Shown piece after piece: positions 49,498-61,471 of a stretch of 64,000 nt of DNA. The stretch is from Takakia lepidozioides (taxonomy: Eukaryota; Plantae; Bryophyta), in NCBI GenBank assembly GCA_030704615.1, contig CM060731.1, positions 90,272,001-90,336,000 on the forward strand, given 5' to 3'. The first letter of the stretch is position 1. Each line of letters opens with the position of its first letter. A model generated the notes under the pieces. It did no database searches. It saw only the letters and a list, made by a program, of their open reading frames with translations, and was not told the origin of the DNA. The translations under genes were made by a program, and so were the position numbers.

Positions 49498-51090
49498 GCA
49501 GTGGAGACAACCAATCTGGGAGCCTTGCACAGCTGGTTGGGGTGGTGGCATTTCCGGTATCGACAGTTCGGACAGTACATGCGGGAGGTATGATGCTGTC
49601 ATTTTCGTGCAATTGTCTTTCTATTACGGACCTTTCCATTGGTCCCTCACCATTGTTTGTGTCCTTGTAGGAGCAGTGCTTGGATTCCAACACGGGCATG
49701 CCGAACACGAATATGGCAGAATCAGTCCACTCCTCCTGGCGAGCGTCTTCTGCCGCACATCTAGTGGACGAAGTGACGGCCACAACGGAGGACATCGACA
49801 GAGCAATCATGCAGCAAGCCACGTACTACAAGCTCCTGAGCGGGAAACAATGGGGCTTTGGGCCAGATAGGGAGGAATTGTTGGTACGAACAGCTTCGAG
49901 GTCCAAGAATCCACTGAAATGGGCGACATCATTGCAAGAGAAGATCAAAGGGACGCCTCTGCACCGCAAAGGTGAACACCTAGAGGGGGACGTCCATACT
50001 CGCCCTGTGAGGCGGAGGATTGAAGAGGAACCCGGGTGCGAAGAGGATTCCTGGAGATCCGACAGGAACATTCGGACAGCACCTCGAGGTCCCGTCATGT
50101 TGCCGCACAATGTGTCTTCCAGCAGTGGAAGCCCAAGAGTTTCCAGATCGCCATCGCCTTCAAGCGGGGATTCCGTGCGAGAAATTCCCACCGCTCGCTT
50201 GCCCCAGATTCTGCCCGCTGTTATGCAGTATGGCCAAGCCATTGTGGAGACGACTATGTCTGCGTCACAGTGGAGAATTGCTCGCACAAAGCCGGCGTTT
50301 CGAGGCAAGTGTTCCGTTATTCGAGTGGATACACGACAACGTTGTTTAGAGATGATAAAGAGGAATCCAGATGGGGCTGTCCCTGCTCCTACTTTTACAG
50401 GAAGATTTGTCCATGCAAAGTTTGCGGAGGCGACAACCACCCAGTTCTGGTTCTGCAGGCACGACGTTATGACTTGCGTGTATGGAAAGCCCAAGTACGG
50501 CATACAAACAATGCCAGAGGCTCCCCCGGTGTGGCCGGTGGAACCAGGCTGCGATCTGAGTCAGGTTGAGGCCGACGCCCTTACTGCCGTAGGATTTCGG
50601 ATGATGCAGCGCACTGACGTCCTCAGACAACCATTTCCGCTTCCACAGCCTCCACCACCAACCCCTGTGAGAGCAAGAACAATGGGACGCAACAGCTCTA
50701 AGCATGCTACACACCGTTGGGGGAAACCGAAGAGGCGGCGACCTCCCTCAAAAGTGAACGAGACAAGGATGGGGAATGCACTTCGGATGAACTGTACAAT
50801 CCAAAGCTCGACAGAAGTGCCCCCACCAGGCTTCGGGTGTGTGTATCAGATGGCCAAGGCAGGCTCAGCTGTTTGCAATGAGGTGTACACCATCACCATT
50901 TCAGAATTACCCACCTGCTCCAGATCATGGCGAACAAGGGGGCATCATACTGCCCTTGCAAGCATCTGTACTACGTGTACCTAAAGAGACTCCGGTGTAA
51001 TTCCATAACTCATCACTTCATACATGCACCAGGGTTGAGCCCCCAAGAGGTGCACACTCTTCTGAATATGGATCCAGGGGACCAGTGAGC
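49498..51090 (+). pseudogene. Element A MULE transposase, 3' segment
   Basis: WLGWWHFRYRQF, intron, NTNMAESVHSSW (catalytic E), PAPTFTG..FWFC, and SWIM remnant YTITISELPTCS..CPCKHLYYV. Confidence 0.88.
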
Positions 51091-51994
51091 TTGGCTTGCG
51101 GTCCCCACACAATGGTACGCCCATCCTTTTCAAAGTTCCAGTTATAGTAGAACTGTAATGCTGCAAGTACCTCTGAGTCTGGCCACAGAAAGAACCGACT
51201 TATGTCTTGCCTACCAGTAACCTATTTTGCTCGAACTAAGATAATATTATGTCATTCACTTCTGTTTCCACGTGCTTGTATTTTTGTTTGTTGGAGGGTT
51301 CTTGTTTTTCTGCTCTCCCAAACTTTGCTTTCCTCATTCGACCCCCGGCAAGGAAATGCGGTGCCGCATTTCCAAGTAACGTCGTAGGTACTAGTAGATG
51401 CGGCCTTCGTCATAGCAAAATAGTCGCACCCAGCCTTCAGGGAGCCGACCGTCGCCAACACCAAACTCCCCAGAAATTTCGCACGTGCGAACCCTAATGC
51501 GGCACCGCACTTCCCAGTTGAGTCGCAAACCTTTCCCGCCGAATACCCGAAGATGACATAATTGTGAAGTACTGCAGACTCTATTGGTGCAGACTCTATT
51601 GGTTCAATCGCGGCAGAAGGGTCAGCTTCATTCCAATGTTAAGGCATGTAAAACCGCGGAATACTCTATACAGGCCAGTATGCAACGTCTTTTTGCCGTG
51701 GTATACTGGATTTCTCGTTGCACGGTCACTCATTTCCATGAGCGGATCTAAATAACTATGAGCGGAGCTGTTACTGACGACATATCTTCGCCGCATTACA
51801 GGATCTGGAACTTCCAAAAACGGCAAGGTCAATTTTTTTTATAAAAAATATATATTATTTTAATACCTTTTTTAATCTGCCGCATTTCCAAATTTGGAGG
51901 AGTCCGCTCATGAAATCCGCGTGTCTTAGACTTCGGCTCACCGCTCATGCGGCTCATGCGACTCATGGTTTCTGCTCATGAAATAGTAAACCTC

Positions 51995-54900
51995 TAATGG
52001 GGGAGATTTGGTCAATATCTTTGTCGGGGTTGCATTCAGAGATATGTATATGTATATATGGGGCGTTCAAGGGGGTACGGATGTATCGAGCGTCTATTGG
52101 TTGGATTTGAGATACATGATGTTGGTGGGTGTACGTTAGGTAATTGGTGTTAGTTGTTTTGTAGAAGGTGATAATGAGGCAACGGTTGTGAGTAGGGTCG
52201 CAATCATCATGGGTTCCAAAGAGGTCGTCTTTGATCTGCCAAGTGTTCTCAGATGCAGGGAAACCCGCCCATTTACATAGGTAATATGTGTCAACACAAG
52301 TGGCGCCATGTACGTCGAGGGAGGTTTGAGTCTTGATGCCGAGAATAGCTTCAATGACGAAGGCCTTGGGGTGGTCGGGGTTGGATAGGCAGGGGAAGGA
52401 GGTGGGGTGGGGGGGTTTAGAGGGTAGGGGGAAAGTTGCTCAAGGCAATTAACGGGGCTGGGGGGGGGGAGAAGCGGGGGGGGTGGGAGTTGGGGAGAGG
52501 GTGTTCCGGAGTGTTATGGGAGGTCATGAGCTGTTGTAATATGGAGGGGGCTGGGGCTGTTCTGAAATTTGGAAGGAGGTCTTGCTTATGATGGGGGAAG
52601 AGTGGGCATGGTAGGTCACAGTCGAGGGTGCACGAGGCGGTCTGGTGGCAAAATAAAGATCGGAGTTGAAGCAGGTATCTGCATGTTTTGATGGTAGCAT
52701 GAGAATGTTTCAGGGTAAATTGGTGTGGGGTAAGTAGCCGGTTCCCCGTGGCAGTGGTGAGTTGGGTGAGAGTGGTATTATGGCGTGCTTTAAAGTAGGC
52801 AAGGACAAGTTTCCTTTCACGGGGGTGGTTGGTTTCGAATTGTGTGAAGACTGGGCTGCTGAGCCATGCCCGTTCAAGTTGAGATATGGAGTTGGGGTAT
52901 CCGGGAAGGTCGGTTTGAATGCTGATTTTCAATTGGCGTAGGATAAATAGCGTACAGGCGGTGGGGGAATGGAGGCAAGATTGTGGGTGGAGGGTAGGGA
53001 GGGAATATAAGCCATTATATTTATACGCTATGTGTTTAAGGAGACCTCGAAAGATTAGACCGAGACGGCCTGGGTCGTTAAGAGCCTCGATAAGTTGTGA
53101 GCCGAGGGTGCGGGCATATGAGATGATCAGGGGGCTAGAACCAATCCCAAAATTGTCCTGTGGAAGTTGGGTAAGAACGTTAGGGGTGCTGGTGGGGAGG
53201 CCACAAATGCGTTTGGTGAGTTGGATAATATTGGCGTTGAGTAGTTTGATATCCGGTATAGAGAAGGGGTCACTTAGGATACGGTGTTGTTCACCATAGG
53301 AAGATAGCATCGTGGTAAGGGTGCTAGTGAATAGTTTGTAGATAGTGTTTGCAAGGGCAATGGGTCTGTAATTATTGAGGTTGGTGGGGTTGCCTTTTTT
53401 AAATAGTATAATGGTTCGGCTATGCTCCAGGATTGTGGGATACGTTGGAGTTGGTAGCAGAGTCGGAAGAATTTGAAGAGTAGAGCATGAAATTGGGGGT
53501 CAAGTGACTATAGAATGGCATTAGGGATGAGATCTGGGTCGGGGGCCTTTGCTTTAGGAAGAGCTTTTACACACGAGTCATATAGGCCAATTGTGAAGAG
53601 GTCAAGGAGGCGGCCGTGGGGGAGCCACGTGAGTCCAGAGAAAAGCCGTCAAGATCGTGCCAGGGGTAATGTTTGACTTTACACATGCAGTTGGGTAAGT
53701 GATGTCTAGGATGTAGACAGTTGTCTACATTGGGTGTATAGGAAGAAGAGGCTTGGAGCCAGATTTCGGTGTTGATATCGACAGGTTTGGTTAGTAGGTG
53801 CCCAAGTCTATGTTTGAGGCAATCGATGGGCGGGTTAATGGCAGGGTTGAAGATAGCTTTGTGGGCCCATTTAGGGTGGTCATGTAGTAGTTGGCCAAAG
53901 GTGGCGACAATTTTTTTGTGGTTGGCAGAGGCTTTTTGTTTAGTGATAAGGTAAGCAGCTCTTTTTGCTTCCCGACCGAGCTTGGAGAGGGAGGCGAGCC
54001 ATTGAGGGAGGGAGGGGTCGTCCGCAGGAGGGGGCATAATTGGTTGACATATGGGAAGGGTGTTTAAACAAGTGATGCGTGGGTCCGTCCTCCAGTTATT
54101 AAATAAGGGGGCTGGGGGGGGAGGTATAACAGCAAGTGCGCGACGTATGGTGTGGTATGTGTTGAGATGTGTTGTCTATGCGCGTTTCTGGGTTCTGGTG
54201 AGATAGCCCCCGTTTTGTGTTGATCGCGTTGTTTGGGGGAGGGCATGGGGAGCCGAGCATGTGGCTAACACACTCTTGGTCATTTCTTGTAATGTGGATG
54301 TGATTGTCTGGTCGGCTTCATTCCAGGCATCCTCTGGGGATAGTATTAAATTGGAGTCAGAGAGTATGGGGGAAATTTTGTGGATGAAATAAGAGGAGGC
54401 TGAATGGAAGTGTTGTTGGAAGGCTTTGACGTTATTTTGAGGTATGGGTGAGAGTATACGGGGCTGGGGGGGTGGGGTATGCACATCTGGAATGGGCCGG
54501 AAGGGAATGAGGGAGGGAGGGAGGGAGACAGAGATCGGGTAGTGGTCAGAGTTGCATAGGCTATTGAGGTGAACGTGACTCAAGAGGTAGGATGGGATAC
54601 TATTGCTGGTTTTGAGGTAAAACCCGTCCAGGAGGCTTAAGGAAGAGTAGTTAAGGCCACCTTGCCGGGAGTAGTGATGGTCCGCCGGGATGTATCTGAG
54701 GTCAAGTTGTTGGGTGAAGCGAGCCCATTCGTGATCTGCAGAGGATGGTGGTTTGTGGGTTCCGTTGTGGGAGTGCCCCAGCAGAGCGATGTCTCTATTG
54801 AAGTCACCTGCGAAGATGACGTGGTGGTGCTGGTTATTTGGATGGGTAATTGTTTGGGATATAGTGTGTAGTATGTCAGTTATGAGGGGAAGATCCTCGG

Positions 54901-55104
54901 GGTGTGAGGGCATGTATAGATGTATCATGGTGATGGGAGAGAGTGGTGGGAGGTGTAGCTGAATGATTTGAAGGTGCGACTGAAGGGGGATGGGTACCAT
55001 AAGTTTTGTGGTGGTGCTGGGAGAGTGATGTGAGCGAAGAATACCTAGTGCAACGCCCCCCCTAGTGGGTTTGTATGGAGCGGAGCGGCGAGATAGGCAT
55101 TGCT
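51995..55104 (-). mobile_element. LINE 5' part: AP endonuclease and start of reverse transcriptase; most of RT deleted
   Basis: GGVAL..HLYMP..AGDFN..LDGFY..SDHYPI (APE); NYRPIALANTIYKLF (RT start) jumps after HRILSD to the post-RT region; cut at 55104 by element C2. Confidence 0.9.
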
Positions 55105-58100
55105 CAGCGTAGCTACGGCGTGAGCCCAGCCTCGTGAGCCTGGGAGCTGAGCTCACGCTTCAGGGAAGCGTGAGCGGCACAAATCTGCTGGAGAAGCAGG
55201 TCCTATAGGTGAGGATTGCAGGAAGAGGGCCTATTACCGTGGACAAAACAAAGGGGGCCACCATGCACCAATGCCTGCACAAAAAGAGGAATATGAAAAG
55301 ATGGCAGATTTGAGCTCAGAATGATTGACACACTTTATTTCAATTCACAGATAGACGCTTACAATGAATGGCATGTGCATTTGCCCTGGTTCCGTGAACG
55401 AAATGTATGTGTTTGTTTTAAATGCAAAGTCTTCACACGGTAACCTGGAAACCAGCATGGGAAGCGGGCATGGCTCGTATGTGTTCAAAGAGAATTTGGC
55501 GGAGCCCTACATGAGGTGTCCCGCTGCAGATGGGTGATGACTTCTCCGTAGCCTAGTGTGGCTTGGTGAATGAATTGGTCTCTCTTACCGTCGCAACACA
55601 TAATTACAAGGTATATGTAATATTGATGCTTGCAGGGGACCCACTTCCCTCTCATGCCGAGAGCGCCCTCACGCATCGTTACAAAATCCGGACAAGTGCA
55701 CGTAGGGAAATTCCCCACGGTAACCTGATATTCTTTGCCATGAAGAACTAAGCCAATAGACAGCACTGTGTAAATCCGTCCATACCCCGGGGCAGGGACT
55801 TTGGTGATACGAGTCACCCGAGCTTGCAAAATTCTAGCCGATTCCATCTTGCAATCGTGATCTGCACCCGAAGCGACACGGCGCACTGTTTTTCCATCTC
55901 TTTTTGTTGGGTGGGAGTCGGCACCGGGTGGAGGCATTGCCGGAGCATGTGGCACATCTGTGCCGACAGTGCATGAGGGCACCACCCGGAACCGTGCAAG
56001 ACAGAACTCTCTCTCCTCCAGCATGCTTATCTCGGTTGATGACAGCGACGTCCCAAGTTTCACAGGCCAAATTGCGGGGGGAGGGGGCTTCATTATCACC
56101 GAAGGACGAACTGTTCCCTTGACGCATCGTGCCATATCGTCTGGGCAGAACCAGAACTTATGGTCCTTTGACTCCCCACTATGATAAGGTCAGAACAACC
56201 CTGTGAATGTTGGAGCTGGAGTCCCCCTGGCCTTTGCATATTTTTGATTTGCATTTCTTGAAAGAGGGGGTCCGAATTGCCATGCAAGCCACTCTAGATC
56301 CTGGTGGGGTGCATTCTATATGCCACTCACTGTCAATGCAATCAGATTCATGCACCATGGCCACCACCTCCTCCAATGGGATTCCTGTTGCTGTGCTTGC
56401 ATGATCTGCACCTGCTCCACTGGAGGCGGACCCACCTGGGAAGGGGCGGGCACACGACTTAGTCTGCACTGGAGACACCTTTGGTATAGAGAAATTGACC
56501 CTGTCCGGCCGATGGGAATCTCCATCCGACCCTGGAGGAGTGTTCAATTTCTTTTTGCATGATCCAAATCTTTCCTCGCCTTCCAAATGGGGGAGCCTGG
56601 ATTGCAAAGGGGAGCCTTCAATGCACCTGTTCAGAGCTCTGGTCATCTTTGATGGGTCTCCGGGCCTACTCGCAGCCCTTAGCATCAACAAAGTCGTATT
56701 AGGGCCCTTGCCTCCGCCCCGTCCCATCAGAAAATTGCAGTACCTATTTGTTGTGTAAGTGCCCGCACCATGTCATCAACAGTGGCCACATACAAGTCAC
56801 GTCCTGCTTTGGTAGACTGCTGCATCCAGGCATTGTGAACAGTCTCCGCCAAATTACAAGATGGCATGTCGGCCAAGTCCTCCAAGGACATATCCTGCAT
56901 GAGGCATTGCATGGAAATGTGAGGAACAAAAGGAAATGGAAGAGGTTATGCAAGTGACAATCCAACAACCCCAAACAAACAGACACGATGCAAAGTGAAA
57001 TTTGTGTTTCTGGGATTGAAGAGGCTTACCGTCGTCATGAAAGCTCCCCGTTGTCTGTCCCTGAAGTGCCAGAAAACCAACCAGTCCTCCAACTCCTTCA
57101 GGTGGATACCAGTAGCAGCACCAAGCCCGGATTGCTTGGTAAGTGCTCTTAGCTTCTCCCATTGAGGTGGCATTTTTGTACTTGAGGCAGAGTCTTCTGT
57201 GCTCCAACTAGAGGTCAGGGCAAATGCAGCGCTTTGTATGATGTGCCAGAGATTGACTCCAATGGAAGAGGCATGTGCGCTCCATATTTTCCATTGGGAC
57301 CTTAGGATCCCCCGAACCAAACACACGCCACACTGCATTGAAATTTTCCTGTGCACTATCAACCATGAAGCCCGCAAAATTTGTGTTATGCATTCCAATG
57401 CGCTGCATGACGGCCAGGAGCGAATTCCACATGAGCATCTGGGATTCAGTGTCCTCCGACTGCATATCACAAATTGCTATGGGGAGCACACGCTGGTATG
57501 TTGGATCGTACACATGGACGCCATGGTTGTCCAACCCTTCACCCGTTTGCAGTGATCAAAAATTAACCAACATTTAGACAAATCTCCTCCAGGTTGCATT
57601 CGGCGGACTATGCTCACACCACTGTCTTCGCCCACAGTGGACATCTTGAACAAATACACCTTGGACGAGCCCTGGCCAGGGAAGATACTGTTTTGAATGA
57701 ATTCATAGCGACTCCTCCGTTTCAGGTCCATAATGTTGTCCATGAATCCAGCACTGCCTGTGCCCATTCTGAGTGCATTCACCTGGTTTCGAATATTGGG
57801 AGAGCTCAACACGGAGAAATGATCCATCACTGCATCAAGCGAATCTGCATCCAGCATTGGTTGTGTCGCATCCCCTTCACCCAGTATATGTTTTTCCATG
57901 AATGCCTTGCTAGCTACAAGCGCTATAGCAGAAGGTGTTGCAGAAGGGGCATTGTGAAACTCCTGCTTCAGCAGATTTCTAGCAATGTCCACGCTATCCC
58001 TGCAACTTCCTTTGGACACAAGATGCTCGTGTGTACCCATATGAATGCAGGCACGAGTCATTGTCTTGCATCGGTGTGCCACCTGGTACATACGATCGTG

Positions 58101-59497
58101 GCACACAGAAACACAGGATGAGGAAAGTTTGCAGAACCTGCACACAAAAGTATTGGTCTTGGGAGGGGCAAGCCCTGGGGTGAAAGGATTCAGGGGCACA
58201 CTGTTGCGCACCTCACTTCAATAAGCTCCCCTTCAAGTCATAGTTACTCGCTTTGAAGCGCGCGCCTAACTCCCTAATTGGCCGCCGGGCCAACTCGGAG
58301 CTTCGGCTGCTCACCGGGACATAACGGTCCCCCTTTACTCCTCCACAAGACCCTCTCTCCAATTTGGGCCTAGTGGAAATTCCCTTTGGTTGATGGCAGT
58401 CCAGAATAGCTCCCCACACCTTGGTCGCTTTCCGGCTCGCACGCTTACTCACTAGTTTTTGGACACCAACGGGCTTGCACCATTCTTGGGGTGACTACTC
58501 CCTATATATACTTCTGTGACCGTCCGCGGGGTTTCACAAACAACCATGTCATTTTATGGCGAACCACCACGAAAACCCTCAATTCCCGGTGATGAGTCGC
58601 GGTGAGTCTTGGCCCACCCACCACGGTCCCATTGGACCGTGATGAGTCCCAAGACTCCCCACGACTCCCACCACAAGGTCTCCGCCCCCATGGTGAGTCC
58701 TATGCCACCCCCACTAAGTCCCACTAAGCTACCACCACCCCTTATGGAACCACCCCCACCGCAACCCGGTGTGCGGGGCTCCACCTAGTGAGCGCCTCCG
58801 CCTCCTTGAGTGCCTTGGACACTCAAGGGTGCTTCAGCCCCCGCAACTAATGTTGCCACTGCCCCCACCACAGGGGCAGCCCCTCACGTGTCCCGACCCC
58901 CTGCCCTCAAGGCAAAGGGCCGCGACAGCCTCCGCCTCCTTGAGTGCCTTGGGCACTCAAGGGTGCTTCAGCCCCCGCAACTAATGTTGCCACTGCCCCC
59001 ACCACAGGGGCAGCCCCTCACGTGTCCCGACCCCCTACCCTCAAGGCAAAGGGCTGCAACACACACCTTCCCACTCACTTTTGTTTGGTTGAGCGCTGTT
59101 TCTTAGGCGAGGGCAAGAAATATTCACGCACTTGCAATGCCCAACGCAAACTGACCTTCAAAATTTCAATCCAATGTCGTTGTGGATGTTCGATGTTTTT
59201 GTCCTACACCAAGGGTGTCCATCATGTTTCTTGTCCATGCCCTACAGAAGCCCAACTAGTCCACTGGAAGACGTGGGAGGGTTGAGCTCAAACAAGATGT
59301 CCCCATCAAACTCTGCTGGCACGTGTTGAACCCGCTGCACACGAAGGGACTCCCAATCAACAAAACGCAGCTCGCTCTTGCACCCAGGCACCCCTGCGAG
59401 GGCTTTCAATTCGGAATTCGTCATCATCATCAAGAATCTCAGAAACATCCTCCAAGGACGAGTCTGAAAGAGTCACGAATGTAGTGGATGTGCTCAC
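55105..59497. mobile_element. MULE element C2: second, truncated copy of family C with degenerate transposase on the minus strand
   Basis: Starts CAGCGTAGCTACGGCGTGAGCCC; colinear with 37873-41487; interrupted by a solo LTR and cut at 59497 by another LTR; predicted TSD GGCATTGCT (55096-55104), partner not seen. Confidence 0.92.
58202..59061 (-). mobile_element. Solo LTR (Gypsy family of 12093-12801) with duplicated terminal segment of about 134 bp
   Basis: TGTTGC..GCAACA termini; 5-bp TSD CACAC (58197-58201 and 59062-59066); the empty site is visible in C1 at about 41009. Confidence 0.95.
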
Positions 59498-61471
59498 TGT
59501 CGAGCGGCTTTTACTCACCCATCCCTTCGCTATCCGAGGTGGAAACTCCAAGATAGAAGAGTTGGATATCTCTAAGCACTCAGCCTGCTCAGAACAATCA
59601 GTCATGACCTGCAGCTAGTGAATCATGGTTGTGCTTCCTATTTGTATTCTTTCCTGCCTTCATGTTATCAATTTACCTTACCGTGTATACTGAAGCATCA
59701 GATTGCTTCAGTATCTACTAAGTTCCAATTAATCATGCATTCATTCCACAGCTTCTCTCGTGTCTCTCTACACAGTATGTTTGTATCGATTCAGTATCGG
59801 ATTAAAATTAATCATGTATCATGCCTATGCCATGGTGTCTCTATTCTACCCTACTGTATAATTTTACAGCTTGCATGAACTAAGCCTCATTCAGGTCATC
59901 ATCTCCTCTTCACTGTTTCCGCTCTCCGTTACGTCTTCTTTTCTCCTGAACAAGTCCCCCTCCTCAAGAAGTGATCCCCTTCCTGTTGCCGCTCTGCCTA
60001 ATCTACCCGCAAGCTGTTCTAACCACCTAACTAACTAACCGTCACCCCTGAAGTAACACGTTCCCTCTGCAGATGTCGTTCCCACACAGTCATTCCCTGT
60101 CAATGATAACTGTTCCCCATGTACTATGACAGGCTGTGTCAAGCTGTGCCGAGCTGTGTCGGGCTGTGTGAAGCTGTGTCGGGCTGTGACTGGCTGTGCG
60201 AAGCTGTGTCGGGCTGTGTAACTCCCTAAAGCCTGTTCCTGCCACCCCTAAGGCTCCTGTTGGTCTCAGTCTGTGCAAAAATTAAGGGTACCCCACAGAA
60301 CCCATAAAAAAGTCTAAGTCCCAAGCAGCCCTCTAACATTACCCCTCCCCCTCTTAAAAAAGCCGTGTCCTCACGGTTTACTGTTTGGGATCAGCAAACC
60401 TTTGTGAGTGAGCACCCTTTTGACGGTGAGAGTCTCGTGAAGGACTCCATGTGCGAGCCCGAGTCCTGTCACTGGCTGATGGAGATGATTGAGCACTACC
60501 TGGAAATGTCTGACCCTCCTTTGGCTGATAACGAGGTAACCTCTCAGGCATAGGAGATCCCCCGTCGTTCTTCTCTGCCATCTGAAGTGCATAGTCCTCT
60601 GCCATGTCAAAAGAGTCCTCTGAAGAAATAGTAGTATCAGAATCCTCGTGCCCCCTTAGGTGTTTTAACGGCCAAACTTTGAGTGGAATCCTGCGTGGCA
60701 TACAATGTGGGCCCACCATGTCTGGAAGTTTAAACTGTACAACTTGCTGTAAGCGCTTGCAAGCAAAATTAGTGAACGCCCTGGACTCCTTATCCGTATA
60801 GGTGAGAGGTGTGCCAATGACTTTGGAACAGTGTAAGTATTTCCAGGCTTCATGTCCCTTAAAGAAAATATCCTCAGGGCCAAATTCTGTGTTGTCAAAT
60901 TTTCCAAAGCCGAATTAAACCATGAACGAAGTTGGGAATCCTTCTGCATCATAACTTTTGCATCGTATAGGTACATATGAGGTGGCACTGAAGGTAAGAC
61001 CCAATGATCGCCACTGGAATAACTCAGAAATCGTGATTGCATCTTTTGCTGCTCAATGTGATAACGTGCCAGAAAACAAGCAGCGTAGTATAATCCACAG
61101 CCCATGACAATACTAGATACCTCCTTGGTCTTGGTATAGATGTACCCATGTACAACCTGGAAGGCAATTAATTCCTTCAGCATGGTACCTGCCTCAGACT
61201 AGTACCTGACAAAGTGATGATCCTCAATGGGTCGATTGTTCGGAAGAACCTTAGTCCGAGTTGCCACTGGCAACCAAATGCGCATGATCTGGTAGTAGTA
61301 ATGTGCCAACGACTGCGGAGGACTAAATTCCTTCCAAGCCAAATCCAACACAATGGGAATTTGGTTGAAGGGCATAATCATAGCCCGACTGTACTCCCGT
61401 GCAGCAGGAGTCCTAGGTGGGTTAAAAGCAGCATCCCCCCATACCTCAGGCTGTGGTTTGGCTGTAGTAGC
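59498..61471 (-). mobile_element. LTR retrotransposon 3' end: LTR 59498-60338, PPT at about 60341-60355, internal sequence to 61471
   Basis: Minus strand AAGAGGGGGAGGGGTAA then TGTTAGAG..CTCGACA; begins exactly where C2 homology stops; 10-bp GCTGTG tandem repeat at 60130-60220. Confidence 0.8.

Larger units (their letters stand above)
37020..51994 (+). mobile_element. MULE element A, transposase-bearing half (contains nested element C1); left boundary approximate
   Basis: Terminus GCTCATGAAATAGTAAACCTC at 51994 followed by TAATGGGGG, the reverse complement of the TSD at 33833-33841; A-type palindromes at about 51352 and 51497. Confidence 0.8.
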
